Positions 60,621-64,000 of a stretch of 64,000 nucleotides of DNA are shown piece after piece. A program made the position numbers and the translations under genes. The notes below the pieces were generated by a model. That model was not told where the DNA came from. It did no database searches and worked only from the letters and a program-made list of their open reading frames with translations. Source of the stretch: the human T2T-CHM13v2.0 reference genome, Homo sapiens; the NCBI RefSeq assembly GCF_009914755.1, contig NC_060936.1. The stretch is one strand, 5' to 3'. Each line of letters opens with the position of its first letter. Positions within the stretch are counted from its first letter, which is position 1.

Positions 60621-63600
60621 AGAAGTTTCTAAACTAAGCACCCCCACTCCCATTATCTTTCTCTCATTTGTTTCTCACTTGAATATACGTTATTTTACTG
60701 GGATTATTTTCTTTTCTTTAATTTGTGATGATTTTCTTCTCCAAAATTTAATGTTTGGCTTTTATTTTGATTATTCTGTTCAAACTTCTTACGCCATTTT
60801 TTTTATTTCATAACTATGACACGTTCTTTATTTTCACCAAGTTTTATACCTAAAAAATATTTTTGTGTTCTCTTTCCAAACTCACTTTTTTGAATTACTT
60901 CTTCCTCAGAAGCTCCCTTATAATGTACTCCATTTCAATGGCACAAATAAAAGATAATTCTAAGGTTAAAACTTTTAGGTAATCCCAAGAAATGTGAATA
61001 TGTTAAGGAACCAAATTATAAAACTTTGGAAATAAAAGCAATGCCAGTGGAGAAAATATCAAATATAGCAGTGTTCTCTTGTCATATTTATTTTCTTAAA
61101 ATCAACCAGAATCCACTTGCTAGATCTGTAGTGCAGATAAATGAATCAGTTCTATATTTGGTGACTATGTCTCACTCAATCCTAAATTGCTCCGTGATTT
61201 TGTTTATTTGTTTTTGCTTTTTTAAATATACACTTTGCAAAGAAACCTCCCACAAATAGGTGGCATTTGTGTTCTAGAAAAAAACAAATACAACTTGACC
61301 CAGGAAACAGTACGCTGAGTCTTTGAATTTCCACATTTTAATGGAAACTGCCAAGACATTATCTAATATATGACTGTTGCTGCTACTGTTTTTCTTATCA
61401 GTCTGGTATGCATTAACATATTTTGCAACAAGAATAAAAAAGGATGCGGTAAATATTGTTTTATCAGCTCCTTCTACTAATAACTAACTTATTCACAATC
61501 CTTTTCTAAACAATGTCATTCTCAACAGGTAGCTGGAAAAGAATGACCTAACATTTAGAATTAAAAATTTAAAAAAAAGCTATTTGAATATGATCTAGGG
61601 TGAAGCAATTGAGATTGAAGAGATCTTCTACTCAACTATAAAAAAGAATAGAGCACTCTAAAAAGCCTAAAGTTATTGTATGACCAATTTTGCTCATATA
61701 TTGAAATTCTCGCCAAAAATAGATAATAACTTTTTTGTGAAGTTATCTGTGTTTTATCAGTATTAAAGAAAAATAATGGTATTACAGAGAGTTACAACAC
61801 TGGTATTTAGAAATGACTGGGATAACTAAAGAAGATAAATGCAACTGAGAGTGGCAGTTCATATGGGTATAAATTAGGTTAGTAAATCAATACTGCACTA
61901 GTGTTCTTTAAGCAATGCAACCATAAAAATATAAATTTACTCACTATAACATTTTGCAGGGGACAACAAAATAGTAATGGTTAGCCAATCGAACTGTTTC
62001 TTCGATTTGTTTTTGTTTGTTTAACAGAAATATTTTACTGCTTGGAAAAGACCGTTGATTTATTGTAAAATTATTGAATAAATTGAGGAGTAGATTTTAA
62101 GCAACCTCCTTCCACACACTAACATGTTGCTCTGAGTTAATTTACCAACATCCATGTAAACTAAGTGTTTGGAGATGCTTTTGGGGTGACAAATCATCTC
62201 TGGCCTTTGACAGGAGAGATTCCAATTCATTTCGCTTTTCCTGTGGGGAAGGCTGGTCACAAAAAGACTTAACTATATTACCTTTTTATATTGTATTATT
62301 ATCATTACTGAATGTAATATACTGTTTCATAGTTTACAGACTGTTATAAAACATTAATAGTTGGAGGTAGAATTCACTAATAGAACAGGCAACCTTGACA
62401 TGAGTTTAGATCAGTTTGTGTCCCCAGAATATAACTCTTCCGTATTAGCGAGGCCTCCTTTGGTTGCCTATAATGAAGATAACTCTAGGTCATTTAATTC
62501 AAAGAAAAATTGATTAGAATCAGCACTTATCTGAACTCTACATGCCATACAAATATGGATATGTCTGTTTTATTTTCTAATTAAGCTTTCAGTCCACCTG
62601 CTTTTCATGTTAATAGGAAATCCAATCTCTCCTTGAAAGAGTTCTCTACTTCATGAATTGGGCTTCCTCCATCCGAAGGGATCAGACCTGTTTCCAAATC
62701 CACCACCATCTATCATAAAGGTCCTAGTTATCTTAAACCTGAAAAGGGAAGAGATTGTAATCAACCTCTCTCTCATGAGGTGCCTTGCCCCTCAGCCTGC
62801 TTCTAGATAGCACTTACCTCTGCATATTAGGATATTAGGAGACAGCCTCCAGGAGGGACAGCATTAATTGGACCACAGGATGCTCTGTACCCTTCTCTAG
62901 GGCCTTGGGTGTCTTGTCAATTTTATATTTTCATAACTTAGAAGCAGTACTCAAGTGTTTTGAAAAAAATCAGAAAAAAACTGCTCCTGAGTGACTTTCT
63001 GTGTCTACTAGACAAAGGAGTGGTGGCTGGCAGTTTTTCTTATTTAAAAACAAAAAAGTGTATGTGTTTGCACACATGTGCACGTGTGTGTATGTCTATC
63101 TGTTTCTCCAGGTACCCCTCTACCAATGAATGGAAGGTTGGCCTATGAGACCCAGAGTCAGAGATGCAGCCAGGCCCCCAGTATGGCCTGGAACTAGGCA
63201 CTAGGATGACATCAGACTCTTCACATTTTCCCCACACTCTGCTGTGCAGGCTTTTTTGTTTCCTCTTTTTATTCATTCTGTGAAACATGGTAACTGACAT
63301 CTGGTTTTTAATGTTTCTGGTTCACCTACCCCAAAAGAAAATTCTGTCTTGGTCCTAACGTTACATTTCTATGTGAGGGGCTGTGATTAGCCTGCCTCAG
63401 GTCAGTTGCCCATCTGAGTTCCAATCAATTTTGTTCAAGTGGGCAAGAACACATTATATAAAATTTTTCCCTGTTGTTTGCAACTTTTAATTAAGGGGCA
63501 GATTCCAATTCATAGAGCCGTTATGTTCAATCGTATAGGTTGCGCACTACACCAGAAAGTCACATCAGATCACTGTTCACATCACAGATATCTTCTTCAT

Positions 63601-63765
63601 ACTGTAACATGTCAGTATTTTTACTATACCTGTTGACTTCAAAGGTGAACTATTTACAATTTATGTTGACAATTTTCTGATAGTGAGGGAGTCTTATTCT
63701 AGAAAAATGAACATATTATGGGAATTTTCTGACTAATGGTGGTAAAGTATGTTATCTAAGACACA

Positions 63766-63812
63766 TATTATATATATATATACATATATATACACACATG
63801 CGCACACACACG
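63766..63812. repeat. (TA)n(CA)n microsatellite
   Basis: Seen directly. Confidence 0.85.
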
Positions 63813-64000
63813 CATAAAATTCCATACCACATTAACTTATGAAAGAGGAGCAAGTTTGATAATTGAGAAACCTTGTTGATCTGATCATATCTAAAATACA
63901 CTTTGCCTCCAAATAAGATGCTGTTTTTATGGCTGATATACTTAGTGATTAGTAAATATTTATGGTTTTAATTTCATATTAATATTAGTACATGGGTAAA

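Overview
This is AT-rich, repeat-dense primate genomic DNA (AluY and L1PA4-6 point to a catarrhine, very likely human), intergenic or deep-intronic. I find no supportable host protein-coding gene, RNA gene or CRISPR array. The longer ORFs are decayed L1 ORF1/ORF2 pieces, Alu/LTR read-throughs or fossil hAT transposase. Contents: about ten Alus, L1s of many ages (L1PA4/5/6/15-16, L1PB3, L1MA2/4, L1ME, HAL1), solo LTRs (MER11, THE1D, MER57, MLT2A2 and others), L2/MIR, and DNA transposons (MER113, MER5B, Arthur1-like). I see no evidence of a new biological system. The notable signals are structural. (1) Two convergent L1PA6 elements have a target-site duplication pairing the 5' end of one with the poly-A tail of the other, implying an L1-L1 recombination inversion. 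(2) A near-complete fossil hAT-Tip100 transposase has its N-terminal half inverted relative to its C-terminal half, plus a second C-terminal copy. (3) Several retrotransposition scars are visible: a same-site double AluY, twin priming, an L1-stub-associated deletion and a possible micro 3' transduction. Subfamily names come from recalled consensus sequences, not a database search.
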